Origin: Myxococcota bacterium
Lineage (GTDB): Bacteria; Myxococcota_A; Bradymonadia; UBA7976; UBA1532
NCBI GenBank assembly: GCA_036337435.1
Contig: JAYZEG010000020.1
Coordinates: 23,491-87,490 of the forward strand
DNA: 64,000 nt
Direction: 5' to 3'
Part shown: piece by piece, positions 8,011 to 18,057 of the stretch
How positions within the stretch are numbered: position 1 is the first letter of the stretch
Layout: every line of letters begins with the position of its first letter
Notes under the pieces: model-generated
Seen by the model: the letters and a program-made list of their open reading frames with translations, nothing else
What the model was told of the DNA's origin: nothing
The model's database searches: none
Made by a program: the position numbers and the translations under genes

Positions 8011-10548
8011 ATGGTGAATACTAGGTCGGTTTGCCGGGCCGTGACCTGGTTGGTATTCTGTCTCGCTTTTGGTCTGAACGCGGTCCGAGGAAAACCCAAA
8101 CAGGCCGGTTGGCCTGCTCAGTGGCGTTTGCCGATGGGCAAACAATTCACAAGCTATAACCTGGGTGTTCGAACGCCGGACAACCTTATCAAACTGGCAG
8201 ACGTCGAACTGTCGAAGACAAATGACCCGGTCACCCGAGCAACGCTGTCTTTACAAAACGGAATGGCTCACTATCGCAGCGGCAACTTCGCCGATGCTGC
8301 ACGTTTTTTAAAGGACGCACGCACCCAGGTTTTCAACCGAGATGGTGCAGCTTACTTCGAAGCAGACTCGCGTTTTTCACTTGGGCAATACAAGTCAGCG
8401 CTCGCGTTGGTCAAGAGGTTTTCACGACGCTATCCCAACAGCTTGTGGTCACCCCATGCGAGTGTTCTCGCTGCCCGTTGTCTCTTGCACCTTAAGCGTC
8501 CAAAGAAAGCTGCCAAGCGACTTCGGACATATGTCTTGAGTATGCCAGACCACCCAAACCCTGTTCAGTTACGTTTTCTTTTGGCGCGAGCCTATGAAGA
8601 GTCGGGAGAATTCCGCAAAGCCGCGTATTGGTATCAGTTGACGGCCTATCAATACCCAGCAGACAAGGCCGCACAAAAAGGCCAACTTGAGGCAAACCGG
8701 CTTAAAAACACCCATCGCTTTAAGGAGTCGTTGTTTACAAATGCTCAACGATTGGAACTCGGAGAGAACCTGCGAAAACGGAAATTCTTCGAGGCTGCTT
8801 TGAGTCATTTCAAGACGGTCGTGAGTACAACGAAGAAAACCGACAAACAGCGTTGGGCCGCAGAGTATCAAATGGCGCGGACTTGGTTCCAGCAAGAGCG
8901 GTTTGACCAGGCGGCAGCCGCCTTCGAGCAGCTCGGTAAAGTTGCGAAAGGCTCTCGAGCGCGTTCGGCTTACCGTTGGCAGTCGCGCGCGATCAGCGCC
9001 CTGGGTGATCCCGATAAATCAGCGAAACTCTTCATCCGCAAAGCGCATAAAGGACCCCTTAAAGCGAAGCAATTGAAGAGGTTAACCTGGATCTTTATGA
9101 ACGCGGGGCAGTACAAAAAGGCGCAGTCGTGGTTTAAGCAACTGCTACGGAAAAAGCGTAAAACGACGCTAACCGATCGCTTTTGGGGGGCTTGGTTCGA
9201 ATACCGGGCTGGACATTATGATGCATCGATAGCCGCCTTTTCTAAAATGGGAACGGCGCGGGGTCGGAGTGGGGCTCGTGGGCTTTATTGGGCGGCTCGT
9301 TCGGCAGCCAACAACGGTCGGCTTAGTTTGGCGAAGACCTTATACGAAAAAGCAATTAAACACCGGCCGCTCGGTTACTATGCCTACCAGTCCCGGGCCC
9401 GATTAGCAGAGTTGGAAATGCCCGAGGCGAAGTTGTCGTCGAAGCCATTTTCTGTCCTTAATAACCGAGAGACGATTACCCTTAAGGGCGATTGTGCGCC
9501 CAGTACACCGGCGATCCCCTGTGCGACTGGTACGCTGTCCACCAACACCAAACCGCGGCTTATCGCGGAATATGGGTACGACCCGATCGCTGAACTCAGG
9601 GCGCTTACAAAGCGCTACGGCCGTGGCTTACCTTGGCTCATGAGTGCTTACGAGTGGGCGGTCATCGGAGAGTTTGGGTTTGCGAGTCGGAGTCTGCGCT
9701 TGGTAACCGATGAACTCAGAGCCTTTCGCAAAGCGGATTCGAGAGCGCGAAAAAAGTGGTCATTTTTACCAAGCTATTTTGTCGATTACCGCGCTGGTGA
9801 AAATAGAACGATCTGGGGAATGAATGATCGGAGGAAACCGAAAAAAAGTCGGAGTCGGCGTCGGCGCTTCTTATCAGAGAAGCCATGGAAGAAAATCAAT
9901 AGAGGGCTTCGGCGAGCTCATTTAGGCTTGGGCGACCCTTTCTATGGACGGCGCCTTGCGCGTCGTCAGGACAGGCCATCTGGGGACCCGTCTGATGTTG
10001 CTAATCAAAAATGGAGGGAGCGGTTCCCATTGGCATTTCGCGCGTTGGTCATTCCAGCAGCTGAGAAATACAAAGTTGACCCACTGTTGCTCTGGGCATT
10101 TATGACCGTTGAGTCCAGCTACAACTCTTATGCGATCAGTCGAGCGGGTGCCCGAGGTTTAATGCAAGTGATGCCGCACACGGGAGCACTGGTTGCTCAA
10201 GGTGTCGGTTGGACTGATTTTGGAACGGCAAAATTGCACCGTCCGCATGTATCTGTTGAAATGTCAGCGTGGTACTTCCGTCAGCTACTCGATAAATTTC
10301 AGGGTCAATTGCCATTGGCCATCGCATCTTACAATGCCGGCCCTCATCGGGTGAAAATGTGGGTTGCAGAAAAAAAGAACCATCCGATGGACGAATTCAT
10401 CGAGGAGATTCCCTTCGATGAAGCGCGAGAATATACGAAGAAAATTCTAAAATATTACGCATTGTATCAGCAGATCTATCTTGGAAAACGCTTCGATTGG
10501 GTCGGCCAGACCTTGAACGCCAATGTTCGAGACAATATCAACTATTGA
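8011..10548 (+). CDS. slt: TPR-containing soluble lytic murein transglycosylase (Slt70-like, GH23)
   Basis: Signal peptide, long TPR-like helical region, catalytic motifs MTVESSYN, GARGLMQVMP, ASYNAGP, IEEIPFDEAREYTKK. Confidence 0.9.
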   Translation: MVNTRSVCRAVTWLVFCLAFGLNAVRGKPKQAGWPAQWRLPMGKQFTSYNLGVRTPDNLIKLADVELSKTNDPVTRATLSLQNGMAHYRSGNFADAARFLKDARTQVFNRDGAAYFEADSRFSLGQYKSALALVKRFSRRYPNSLWSPHASVLAARCLLHLKRPKKAAKRLRTYVLSMPDHPNPVQLRFLLARAYEESGEFRKAAYWYQLTAYQYPADKAAQKGQLEANRLKNTHRFKESLFTNAQRLELGENLRKRKFFEAALSHFKTVVSTTKKTDKQRWAAEYQMARTWFQQERFDQAAAAFEQLGKVAKGSRARSAYRWQSRAISALGDPDKSAKLFIRKAHKGPLKAKQLKRLTWIFMNAGQYKKAQSWFKQLLRKKRKTTLTDRFWGAWFEYRAGHYDASIAAFSKMGTARGRSGARGLYWAARSAANNGRLSLAKTLYEKAIKHRPLGYYAYQSRARLAELEMPEAKLSSKPFSVLNNRETITLKGDCAPSTPAIPCATGTLSTNTKPRLIAEYGYDPIAELRALTKRYGRGLPWLMSAYEWAVIGEFGFASRSLRLVTDELRAFRKADSRARKKWSFLPSYFVDYRAGENRTIWGMNDRRKPKKSRSRRRRFLSEKPWKKINRGLRRAHLGLGDPFYGRRLARRQDRPSGDPSDVANQKWRERFPLAFRALVIPAAEKYKVDPLLLWAFMTVESSYNSYAISRAGARGLMQVMPHTGALVAQGVGWTDFGTAKLHRPHVSVEMSAWYFRQLLDKFQGQLPLAIASYNAGPHRVKMWVAEKKNHPMDEFIEEIPFDEAREYTKKILKYYALYQQIYLGKRFDWVGQTLNANVRDNINY

Positions 10549-10721
10549 ACGCCAATATTACGGTGAACAGTAGGTCACCAATCGATGGCTGGGATACCGT
10601 CCGAAACGTGAGTGAACCCGGTCAGGGGTCTTTACCCTACAGGATGATGCCTTATCCACCACAGCCAAACAGTGGTGAATGGGATGAGTCATGGCGTAGC
10701 CTTGTGTCGCCAGCGTGTTGA

Positions 10722-12491
10722 TCACTCATCGTCTTCATCGTCCTCTTTTCCCTTGTCTGACTCCTCATCCTTATTTTTTTCGTCCTCATCTTCATCATCT
10801 TCATCGTCCGCCGTCGCTTTCTTGGTACTGTCATTGGACTCAGACTCTTCATCGTCTTCCTCGTCGTCACCCTCGTCATCGTCGTCATCGGGCTCAGCAT
10901 TGTTTTGGTCCGAGTTCGAAGATCGATACCCAGTTGACTTCGATTTAAAGGACGAAGGTTTCTTCGGCATAAATCGACTGCCAGATTTTGATTTATAGTC
11001 AGGATTCGAATTGCCTTTAGAACGGCTGGTTGAATCGACTGTTTTAATCCCATTCGAGCGTGGTTTAGACCGATTACCCAGGGTGCCTTTACGCGTGTTC
11101 AAATTCTTTCTCGACTTGATTTTGGACGCGGAGCGGCTGGTCTTCTTACCGATCCTGGACGCTTTCTTGGCGCGACGTGTTTTACGCCGTGCATGGGGAT
11201 TTTCTTTTTTGGGGCTCCATCGTAACTTGCTGAATCGCCCCTTCGCAGTGAAACCCATGTAGCCATCCTTGTTCGTGGCGCGCTTAAGAATCGGGATGGT
11301 TTTTTGAGCTGAAGCTAAACTACGGTTGGTCTTCTTGAATGCATCGCTCATCTTGATGCCCATGAATATGTCGGCGGATAGGTCTTTGAGTCTGCTTGTT
11401 AGCTTGATGTAGCCGTCGAGTTCACCGATAAGGTCAGGCCCTTTGATCTTGAATCCTTTGAGTCGAGCGCGCCGCTTATCAAGTGCGAGGGTTCCACCCA
11501 AGCTTTGTATCTTTATCTTTGGAACATCGACGGGTCCGAAGCCACGCAGTTTCGGACTGTCAAACTGGCCGGGTCCTACGGTGGTTCCCGTCACCGAGAC
11601 ATCAATATTTCCTGTCGACTTTACGACTTGCAGTTTGCCCTTCCCATTAATGGGCACCGCAATCTCTGTATTGAGCCCAATGGTTCCGATAAGCGGGAAT
11701 TCAAGAACGGGTTTGAGTTCATGGATTTGAGCGATATCGAGTTCGCTCGTCTCAATCTTGATATCGAGGGCCTCGGTTGCGCGTTGCAGGGAGGCCTTCA
11801 GCTGGCCTCCCATCAGCCTACTTTGGATGTTGACTTGGTAGGCCTCGTTAAAAATCTTGCCATCAAAGACGTCATTCAAGAGGGCTGGCAGGTCGACGGA
11901 AATCTCAAGATAGTCGATGCTCACGGGCATCGGTCCTCTCACCAGCTTCGGTTTTGGATCACTGTTCTCAGTGTCGCTGGCCTCTTTGCCTGTATCTTTT
12001 TTCGTCGTACTCGTCTTTTTTACCGAATCTTTAGCGGCACTTTCGGTCTCGCCTTTCTTGGGGTTGACGGCCTCGATCGGAGGAACCCGATTTTTGTCAA
12101 TGGCAGGCTTCGTATCTTTTGAATCGGTTTTCCCTTTAGTTGCTGTGCTATCCTTTGTCGTTTCTGTTGAATCCGACTCCGGTGTGTCTTTCTTTTTCGT
12201 CTGTCGCTCTTTCCAAGCCTTTAGAGCTACGCGAGACGCTTTAATTTGCTCGAGTTCTTCGGGCGATGGCCGCCGTGTCAGCACCACGCCGTCCATTCGG
12301 ACGCTGGTCGCTGTAGGCAGAGCCAGCTCTGCAATCTCAAGGTTGTAGTCAAAGGTGTCCGATGCTGTTCGAATCAAAAGGGCCTTTGCCTCGTCTATCG
12401 GCGCCGTTCCGTACAAGAACACCGTGAAGCAGCATACAAAAAACATGATGTACGCAAGACCCTTGAAGAGCTTAGTCACAAATTTCTTCAT
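10722..12491 (-). CDS. gspN: Type II secretion protein GspN (myxobacterial type) with low-complexity insert and charged tail
   Basis: Last gene of gsp operon; N-terminal TM then LYGTAPID; beta-rich body; K/R/S-rich then D/E-rich C-terminus. Confidence 0.75.
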   Translation of the reverse strand: MKKFVTKLFKGLAYIMFFVCCFTVFLYGTAPIDEAKALLIRTASDTFDYNLEIAELALPTATSVRMDGVVLTRRPSPEELEQIKASRVALKAWKERQTKKKDTPESDSTETTKDSTATKGKTDSKDTKPAIDKNRVPPIEAVNPKKGETESAAKDSVKKTSTTKKDTGKEASDTENSDPKPKLVRGPMPVSIDYLEISVDLPALLNDVFDGKIFNEAYQVNIQSRLMGGQLKASLQRATEALDIKIETSELDIAQIHELKPVLEFPLIGTIGLNTEIAVPINGKGKLQVVKSTGNIDVSVTGTTVGPGQFDSPKLRGFGPVDVPKIKIQSLGGTLALDKRRARLKGFKIKGPDLIGELDGYIKLTSRLKDLSADIFMGIKMSDAFKKTNRSLASAQKTIPILKRATNKDGYMGFTAKGRFSKLRWSPKKENPHARRKTRRAKKASRIGKKTSRSASKIKSRKNLNTRKGTLGNRSKPRSNGIKTVDSTSRSKGNSNPDYKSKSGSRFMPKKPSSFKSKSTGYRSSNSDQNNAEPDDDDDEGDDEEDDEESESNDSTKKATADDEDDEDEDEKNKDEESDKGKEDDEDDE

Positions 12492-13102
12492 TAGATTTCG
12501 ACCTCCTCATAGCGGTAGGTGGCAACCGTCATCCGAATCTCGCGTAATTTCTGTCGATCGCTGCTCAGTGTGCTGACTTTCAATCGAGTGACACGAACTG
12601 GCTCACGCCGATTTTCTAAATTTGATATGAAACTCGTCAATTGGTCCAGCGTGATCCGGCGGATCGTAATGCTCTGTGATTCCCATTTGAGTTCCTTAAT
12701 CGACTTTGGTTTGGACTCATCTGAGCGTTTTTGGAGCCGTCGTCGGTTGTTAGTGAGATAACCCGTAGACTCTTTAAAATCTTCGATTTCAATGTCCTGG
12801 GCCTTCGCCTCTTTTTCCATCAATTGCACAAGGCGAATCGGATTTTTCTCTAAGAGCTCACGGACTGCGTCTAGCTTAGCTTTTTGTGTTAAAAAGTCAG
12901 GTTTCAATGTGTTGATTTGAGTCAATGTCGATCGGATGGTGTCATTGTTCTCAGACTGGCTATTGACCTGATTTTCGACGTAGAGCCAAAGGAAGACGCC
13001 GGCGGTCAAAAAGATTGCGCCCAAAAAACCACCAAGAAGTAATTTTTCCCGAGTCGATAGGCGGTCAAACGAATCAAATAATGAACTTCTCTTACTCACC
13101 AT
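12491..13102 (-). CDS. gspM: Type II secretion protein GspM
   Basis: RLSTREKLLL plus TM, coiled-coil, ITLDQLTSFISNLE; between gspL and gspN. Confidence 0.8.
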   Translation of the reverse strand: MVSKRSSLFDSFDRLSTREKLLLGGFLGAIFLTAGVFLWLYVENQVNSQSENNDTIRSTLTQINTLKPDFLTQKAKLDAVRELLEKNPIRLVQLMEKEAKAQDIEIEDFKESTGYLTNNRRRLQKRSDESKPKSIKELKWESQSITIRRITLDQLTSFISNLENRREPVRVTRLKVSTLSSDRQKLREIRMTVATYRYEEVEI

Positions 13103-13111
13103 GTTTCAACC

Positions 13112-14704
13112 TCAGCTGCACGTCAATTTGCCGGTAATGCGAAAACGCCGTCCCAACTCGTCATCCATGGACTTTTCGTTTCGATTAATCTCAGTTTGTC
13201 GAAAACAGCGATTTTGCCGCAATGCACGCACGATGTTATCGACGTCAGATGTCGAGCCGGTCTTTCCACGGATCGACAAGGACTTGCGTTCAATATCGAT
13301 TTCTATGCTATCGACATTGACCTTAATATTTGGATCTACGGCTTCTGAGATTTCTGCCAAGAGTCTCAGCGCACTGAATTCTGGTATGCCGCGATCAGCC
13401 GCTTCTCTATCGGCTGAAACGGTCGTGAGCAGAAAGTCGACATCGTCGTTTTCAGTGCCTAAAATTTCTTGGCTTAAGACAGCAACCTCACCCCTCAGCC
13501 GGCTATGTTCGGCTTCTAGAACCCGTTTTTTTGTCACTGCGACCATTGCGCCGAGGGTAATCATGAGCATAACGGCCAAAGTGACTGTGATGATGCGACC
13601 CCTGAGGAAACCAAAATCACCCGTGTAAGAGTAGTCCCCCTGCCGCAGATTAACCTGATTTCGCAGTTGCCTTGCAAAGGCTTGAACGGAGATGGCCATC
13701 GCTTTGGCTAGGAGTGGCTCATTGGTCTCACGATCTGTGGTAATCCGGGAAAAATGGGCATCGAGCGGTTTAAGCGTTCGGCAGGGAATTCGAACGGTGT
13801 CCTCGATGAATTGTCCAAGGCCACGCAGGCGGCTGCTTCCGCCCGTGCTGTAGACTGCTGAAATTGGGACGCCTTTCTCGAGTTCAAAAGCGGCGATGGA
13901 GCGATGGATCTCAACGACCAACGGCTGGAGTGCTTTTCGACACTGGTCGCTCAAAATCTGCTGGCGCTCGTCGAGTGTCGCAGTTTGATTTGAACTGATC
14001 AGTGCTTCTGAGCATTTTGCGCGCTCCGCATCCGCTTCGCTGACTTGAAGCGCGGCAGCGATATGCCTCGTGACATCCAAGCCACCATAGGAAATATCAC
14101 GGACAACCCTGGGCACACCGTTCTCAAAAATCACCAATTCCGAATGAACATGTCCAATGTCGAGGAGTGCGACTGCTTCATTCTCATGTGGGCTGAGTAG
14201 GTGTTCGAATAAATTACCGAAGGAAAGAGGTCCGAAGCTGATCCTCTTGGGATCGAGACCGACCCCTTGCAATGCGTCGAGGAGCTCGGCGATGTCGAGC
14301 TCTCGAACATAAGCGCACACGATTGTCGATGTCTCATCTTCGTTCTTGTTGAGCACCTGGTAATCGTAGACCACGTCATCGATATCGAGGGGAATGACTT
14401 CCTCGAGCTGAAAGGGGAGAATGGCCTCAATTTTCTTTGGTTGATCAAAGGGCAACTGTAGCTCAACGGTCGATGCAAGGCCGGCTGGCAGCGAACACAT
14501 GATGGTCTCGTTTAAGAGACCCCGACGCTCTAAAAGTCGCTTCGCTGCGTTTGCGTATGCCGTAAAGCGCCCTTGGTCTGACTCTGCGAAATCCACCGAC
14601 TCTGTCCCGAAGCCAACCAATTCATACTTTCGTACGGTTGAGACGACTTCGCACACCTTGATGGTATGTGAGCCTAAATCTAGACCTACGATTTTGGTCG
14701 CCAT
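13112..14704 (-). CDS. gspL: Type II secretion protein GspL (PilM-like actin-fold domain, TM, PilN-like domain)
   Basis: IVGLDLGSHTIK, LPFQLEEVIP, LLDIGH, TGGSSRLRGL, VNLRQG then TM. Confidence 0.85.
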   Translation of the reverse strand: MATKIVGLDLGSHTIKVCEVVSTVRKYELVGFGTESVDFAESDQGRFTAYANAAKRLLERRGLLNETIMCSLPAGLASTVELQLPFDQPKKIEAILPFQLEEVIPLDIDDVVYDYQVLNKNEDETSTIVCAYVRELDIAELLDALQGVGLDPKRISFGPLSFGNLFEHLLSPHENEAVALLDIGHVHSELVIFENGVPRVVRDISYGGLDVTRHIAAALQVSEADAERAKCSEALISSNQTATLDERQQILSDQCRKALQPLVVEIHRSIAAFELEKGVPISAVYSTGGSSRLRGLGQFIEDTVRIPCRTLKPLDAHFSRITTDRETNEPLLAKAMAISVQAFARQLRNQVNLRQGDYSYTGDFGFLRGRIITVTLAVMLMITLGAMVAVTKKRVLEAEHSRLRGEVAVLSQEILGTENDDVDFLLTTVSADREAADRGIPEFSALRLLAEISEAVDPNIKVNVDSIEIDIERKSLSIRGKTGSTSDVDNIVRALRQNRCFRQTEINRNEKSMDDELGRRFRITGKLTCS

Positions 14705-16065
14705 TATTCCTCCCTGTAGTAGAGGGTTCTTACTGTTTTACCGTCCCGCTTTAGAACGGCGAAAATTCGTCTTGTGATGTTCCCGACAGCACCCTGCGCC
14801 TGGATTCGAAGAAGCTTACTCTCCGTTGTCACACTGTCCTTTAAATTGTCGGCGTAGCGTCCAAACTCGCTCTGAAGCTCCAGATATTGTGCCTCAGTCA
14901 TGTTGTAGCGGGCGAGAATATCTTGAGCCGTCAATTGCATGAGGTTACCCACCATGCGCTGGCCATAATTTAGAATTTGGCCCAAAGGATCTTTAACGAC
15001 GGTAATAAAGTCATTGACTCCATTCTTACCGCGAAAGGGTTTTGTCAATGGGGACGGTGCTTTTCTTAGATTGCGCGCATCCATAATCAACTTCACATAG
15101 AAGTTAAGTGCGGCTTCTCCGCGCTCGAGAGTTTCAGAATCCTGCCCACAGGCGTTGCCCTGATTCTCCATTGCTTGAAACCAAGGCGATTCGGCGCGCA
15201 GCAATGTCGCGAGCACGTCGGCCGTGGCAAAGTTCACATCGACTTTCCCAGCTGAGTGAACGCTGATTTTCGACTTCAAGTGGTCATAAATTCGGTCATT
15301 GATTCCGCGAATCAATCGGAGCTCTTCGATGCTGTCGAATGGCGCATCTTTGCTGCGATAGCCATTCCCGCTGAGGATGTCGCGATAATACGAATCTTCG
15401 CCTTCTCCCGCCCCCTCAGTAAATTGACCCTGGACCGGATTATAGACAATTCGATTGTTGTCGGCATCGATCCAGTCCACCAAATTCCCGATGATGTCGT
15501 CCCGTGTGTATTCTTTGCCATCCGCTTGCGGTTTTTCGAATACCTCTTCGAGAACAGGGTCGCATAGAATTGCCCTCAGCTTGCGGGCAGTTGTCCGGCG
15601 ATTGGCACAATTGGATCCCGCAGTGCCACGACCAGGACAGTGAAGGCCTGCTAGGCCAATATAGGACTCTTCTGTCTTCATTTGGATATCGACATCGCCT
15701 TTGAAGAGACCAATGCCCTCAATGCCATTCATTTCGAATGACAGCCCGCCTATGGGCAGGTCAACTCGAGCCTTGATAAATAAATTGAGCATGATCCGGC
15801 AGAGCTGTTCGAGATCCATGTTTTCTTGAAAGCTTTTCAATGAATCCCAAGCAGCAGGATCAAGGCAGGAGCGTGTCAAAGTGAGTGCTGTTTCGGCCAT
15901 CGTTGAGGCGCGCATCTCATCTCTTAGATTGATCCCCGACTGCAAATGTGTCCTCGCGGTGCCAGAGAATTCGACTAAAACAAGTGTGAGGATGGTGATC
16001 AGTGTGATCACCATCAGTAAGGCGACACCTGACTGACCGGAGCGTTCGACTCGAGTGTTCTTCAT
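14704..16065 (-). CDS. gspK: Minor pseudopilin GspK
   Basis: QSG|VALLMVIT leader (no E5), NLVDWIDAD, PFDSIEELRLIRGI, KVDVNFAT. Confidence 0.92.
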   Translation of the reverse strand: MKNTRVERSGQSGVALLMVITLITILTLVLVEFSGTARTHLQSGINLRDEMRASTMAETALTLTRSCLDPAAWDSLKSFQENMDLEQLCRIMLNLFIKARVDLPIGGLSFEMNGIEGIGLFKGDVDIQMKTEESYIGLAGLHCPGRGTAGSNCANRRTTARKLRAILCDPVLEEVFEKPQADGKEYTRDDIIGNLVDWIDADNNRIVYNPVQGQFTEGAGEGEDSYYRDILSGNGYRSKDAPFDSIEELRLIRGINDRIYDHLKSKISVHSAGKVDVNFATADVLATLLRAESPWFQAMENQGNACGQDSETLERGEAALNFYVKLIMDARNLRKAPSPLTKPFRGKNGVNDFITVVKDPLGQILNYGQRMVGNLMQLTAQDILARYNMTEAQYLELQSEFGRYADNLKDSVTTESKLLRIQAQGAVGNITRRIFAVLKRDGKTVRTLYYREE

Positions 16066-16784
16066 CGCGTCGCTCCCGGTACTTGCGATTCGATGACATT
16101 GATCGGACGCCGAATCCGAGGCTGAGCCTGTGTCACGAATCGAATGGGAGGTCGTCCGTCTGGCATTTCTAGTTCCAGAGTGAGTCGAACACGGCTTGGC
16201 AGTAGCGGTTCTAGTTCATTTTCATGGCTGTCCCAGTCTCGTTGCCATGCATCGTCGCCAATTTCCTTTGAGTCGTCCCAGTACTCGATACGAAATGTTT
16301 TAATGCCCTCGAGAATTGGCCAAATAAAACCCCCCTTATCAGGTTTGTCATCGAGACGACTGCTCTCTCGTCTGTAAAGGGTCTTTCCTCGATAGCCGGA
16401 GTCCGAGTCACCGGGCTCTAAGAAATAAGCGATTTCAGCTTGGTCCGACTCGCGCGTTCGCGCATACAATCGAATGTGCGCTGTACTGGCGAAAAAGAGC
16501 TCATCGTCCGCCCCCTTAAATCGAGTAATGACAGCTGGTTCTTCTTCACGCTTGTCCTGTGGCACCTCAGCACGGATAAATGCCATTCTCAGTTCTCGAG
16601 CCATTCGGGTCAGCACCTGTCGGCCCTCGTGGTAGCGATCGTTTGTCTCGGAGACGATCCGTTTCGTCTCAAAACTAGTGGCCATACTTTGTGTGACCGC
16701 GGCCCCAACAACCATCAATAGGGTCAGCGCGATGAGAGCCTCAACCAAAGTGAAGCCCGCGCTTGGTCGGCGAGTCTTCATCAT
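16062..16784 (-). CDS. gspJ: Minor pseudopilin GspJ
   Basis: AG|FTLVEALIAL prepilin motif; RMARELRMAF; WQRDWDS..LPSRVRLTL. Confidence 0.9.
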   Translation of the reverse strand: MMKTRRPSAGFTLVEALIALTLLMVVGAAVTQSMATSFETKRIVSETNDRYHEGRQVLTRMARELRMAFIRAEVPQDKREEEPAVITRFKGADDELFFASTAHIRLYARTRESDQAEIAYFLEPGDSDSGYRGKTLYRRESSRLDDKPDKGGFIWPILEGIKTFRIEYWDDSKEIGDDAWQRDWDSHENELEPLLPSRVRLTLELEMPDGRPPIRFVTQAQPRIRRPINVIESQVPGATR

Positions 16785-17419
16785 CGAGTGATATCCAATG
16801 CGCTTGGCGTCTCTTGTTCGGCTTTACCATCGGCAGGGGGGGCTTTCCCAACTGCATCGGTTCCGAGAATGGTCACAAACGTTTCGACGACAACGCTGCG
16901 GTCTTCAATCATGTCACGCCATGAGACTTCGATGCGGACTTTTCGCATCTTATCTTCGAGTTTCTGAAGGAAATAAGGAATCGCTGCTATCCCTTGCTGC
17001 AATTGTGACATTTGGCGTTGCTGATCAGCTGTCATTGCGCCAGGATCTCCGAGGTTAACCCCGAAAGTGCCCGATAAGGTCGACATGACTTGGTCAGAGA
17101 TCTGTTCGGTTGCTCCGTCGGCAATCTCCATCTTGTAGCTGCACGCCTTCCACTTGAAATTCCGATATCCTTCGTCTCGGAAATCGCCGTCTTCACAATT
17201 GTCAAAGATGTCGATGCTCTCTTTAATAATCTGGTGCCGGACATCTAATACTTTTCCGTACGCGAGCAGATTGGCTTGGCTGACTCGATTGCTAAAGTCG
17301 CTCATTTGGACAGCCACGCTTTCATGGCCCAACAAGGCTGTGAGTGCCAAGGCCATGATGGACATTGCAATCATGACTTCGAGGAGTGTAAAGCCTTTTT
17401 GGTGAGGGGTACGGCTCAT
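16781..17419 (-). CDS. gspI: Minor pseudopilin GspI
   Basis: KG|FTLLEVMIAMSI prepilin motif; MRKVRIEVSW; position between gspH and gspJ. Confidence 0.87.
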   Translation of the reverse strand: MSRTPHQKGFTLLEVMIAMSIMALALTALLGHESVAVQMSDFSNRVSQANLLAYGKVLDVRHQIIKESIDIFDNCEDGDFRDEGYRNFKWKACSYKMEIADGATEQISDQVMSTLSGTFGVNLGDPGAMTADQQRQMSQLQQGIAAIPYFLQKLEDKMRKVRIEVSWRDMIEDRSVVVETFVTILGTDAVGKAPPADGKAEQETPSALDITR

Positions 17420-18057
17420 CGTCCCTCGTCTTCAACCCGGTCGGGTTGGCCAAACCCTCTATCAGGCTCCACACGGCCCGGTAGCCGTTTTACATGTCCT
17501 GTCATCGGGTTGACGCGAAGCGTAAAGTAATCGCCATCGCCATCGGTTGTGTAAATGATGGCTGGTTGCACAAAACCACTGGGAAAGAAGTGGATGGCGA
17601 TCTCACCGCTCGTGATGACATCTTCTCGTCCCGATGTGATGGCCCCATAAATCTCAATGCCTCGAGTCATCGCGACGTTTGGAATGAGTGCTTCGAAGCG
17701 GGCTTTACGAACCGGTTTTTCTTCTTCTTCTGCGTCAATGCGCCCTTTTTTCTCTTTATCTTCAGCGTCTTGAGCGTCTTCCTCGATGTCTATAAACACC
17801 CGCTCGCTCGAGGCTTCGACACGATATTGGTCTGTCTCGGGACTCAGAACCAGTCGGACAAATAAGCCTTCGGCGACCGACCGATTGTATGCGTGTCGTA
17901 TGGCCGCACTGAGCTGGTTGGTCTGCGTCCGAAGGGCTGTGCCTGAGATTCGGTCGAGGCCCGCGATCCCAACACCCATCAGCATCACCAACACAGCGAG
18001 CACCACCAGGAGCTCGATGAGTGTGATCCCTTTGCTATGTCGGACTCTCTCTCGCAC
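17416..18057 (-). CDS. gspH: Minor pseudopilin GspH; C-terminal half of the continuous gspG-gspH ORF, probable internal GTG start
   Basis: KG|ITLIELLVVL prepilin motif, IHFFPSG, LRVNPMTGHVK; AAGGA 9 nt before in-frame GTG at 18057. Confidence 0.8.
   Translation of the reverse strand: MRERVRHSKGITLIELLVVLAVLVMLMGVGIAGLDRISGTALRTQTNQLSAAIRHAYNRSVAEGLFVRLVLSPETDQYRVEASSERVFIDIEEDAQDAEDKEKKGRIDAEEEEKPVRKARFEALIPNVAMTRGIEIYGAITSGREDVITSGEIAIHFFPSGFVQPAIIYTTDGDGDYFTLRVNPMTGHVKRLPGRVEPDRGFGQPDRVEDEGR

Noticed and set aside
10513..10556. 12-bp direct repeat TTGAACGCCAAT (10513 and 10545) at the slt 3' end
   Set aside because: Only two copies 32 bp apart, no associated element; too weak for an att site, target duplication or CRISPR.
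10612..10643. SRP (4.5S) RNA call
   Set aside because: 5' motif resembles SRP, but the GNRA tetraloop and AGCAG strand are absent; kept only as an unassigned hairpin.
10672..10998. Poly-Ser ORF on + strand and Met/Thr/Lys-rich ORF 10652-11053 on - strand
   Set aside because: Antisense and alternate-frame shadows of the GAY/GAR-rich acidic tail of gspN.
13112..14704. Type IV pilus pilM gene
   Set aside because: The PilM-like domain is fused to a TM and periplasmic region and lies between gspK and gspM, which fits GspL.
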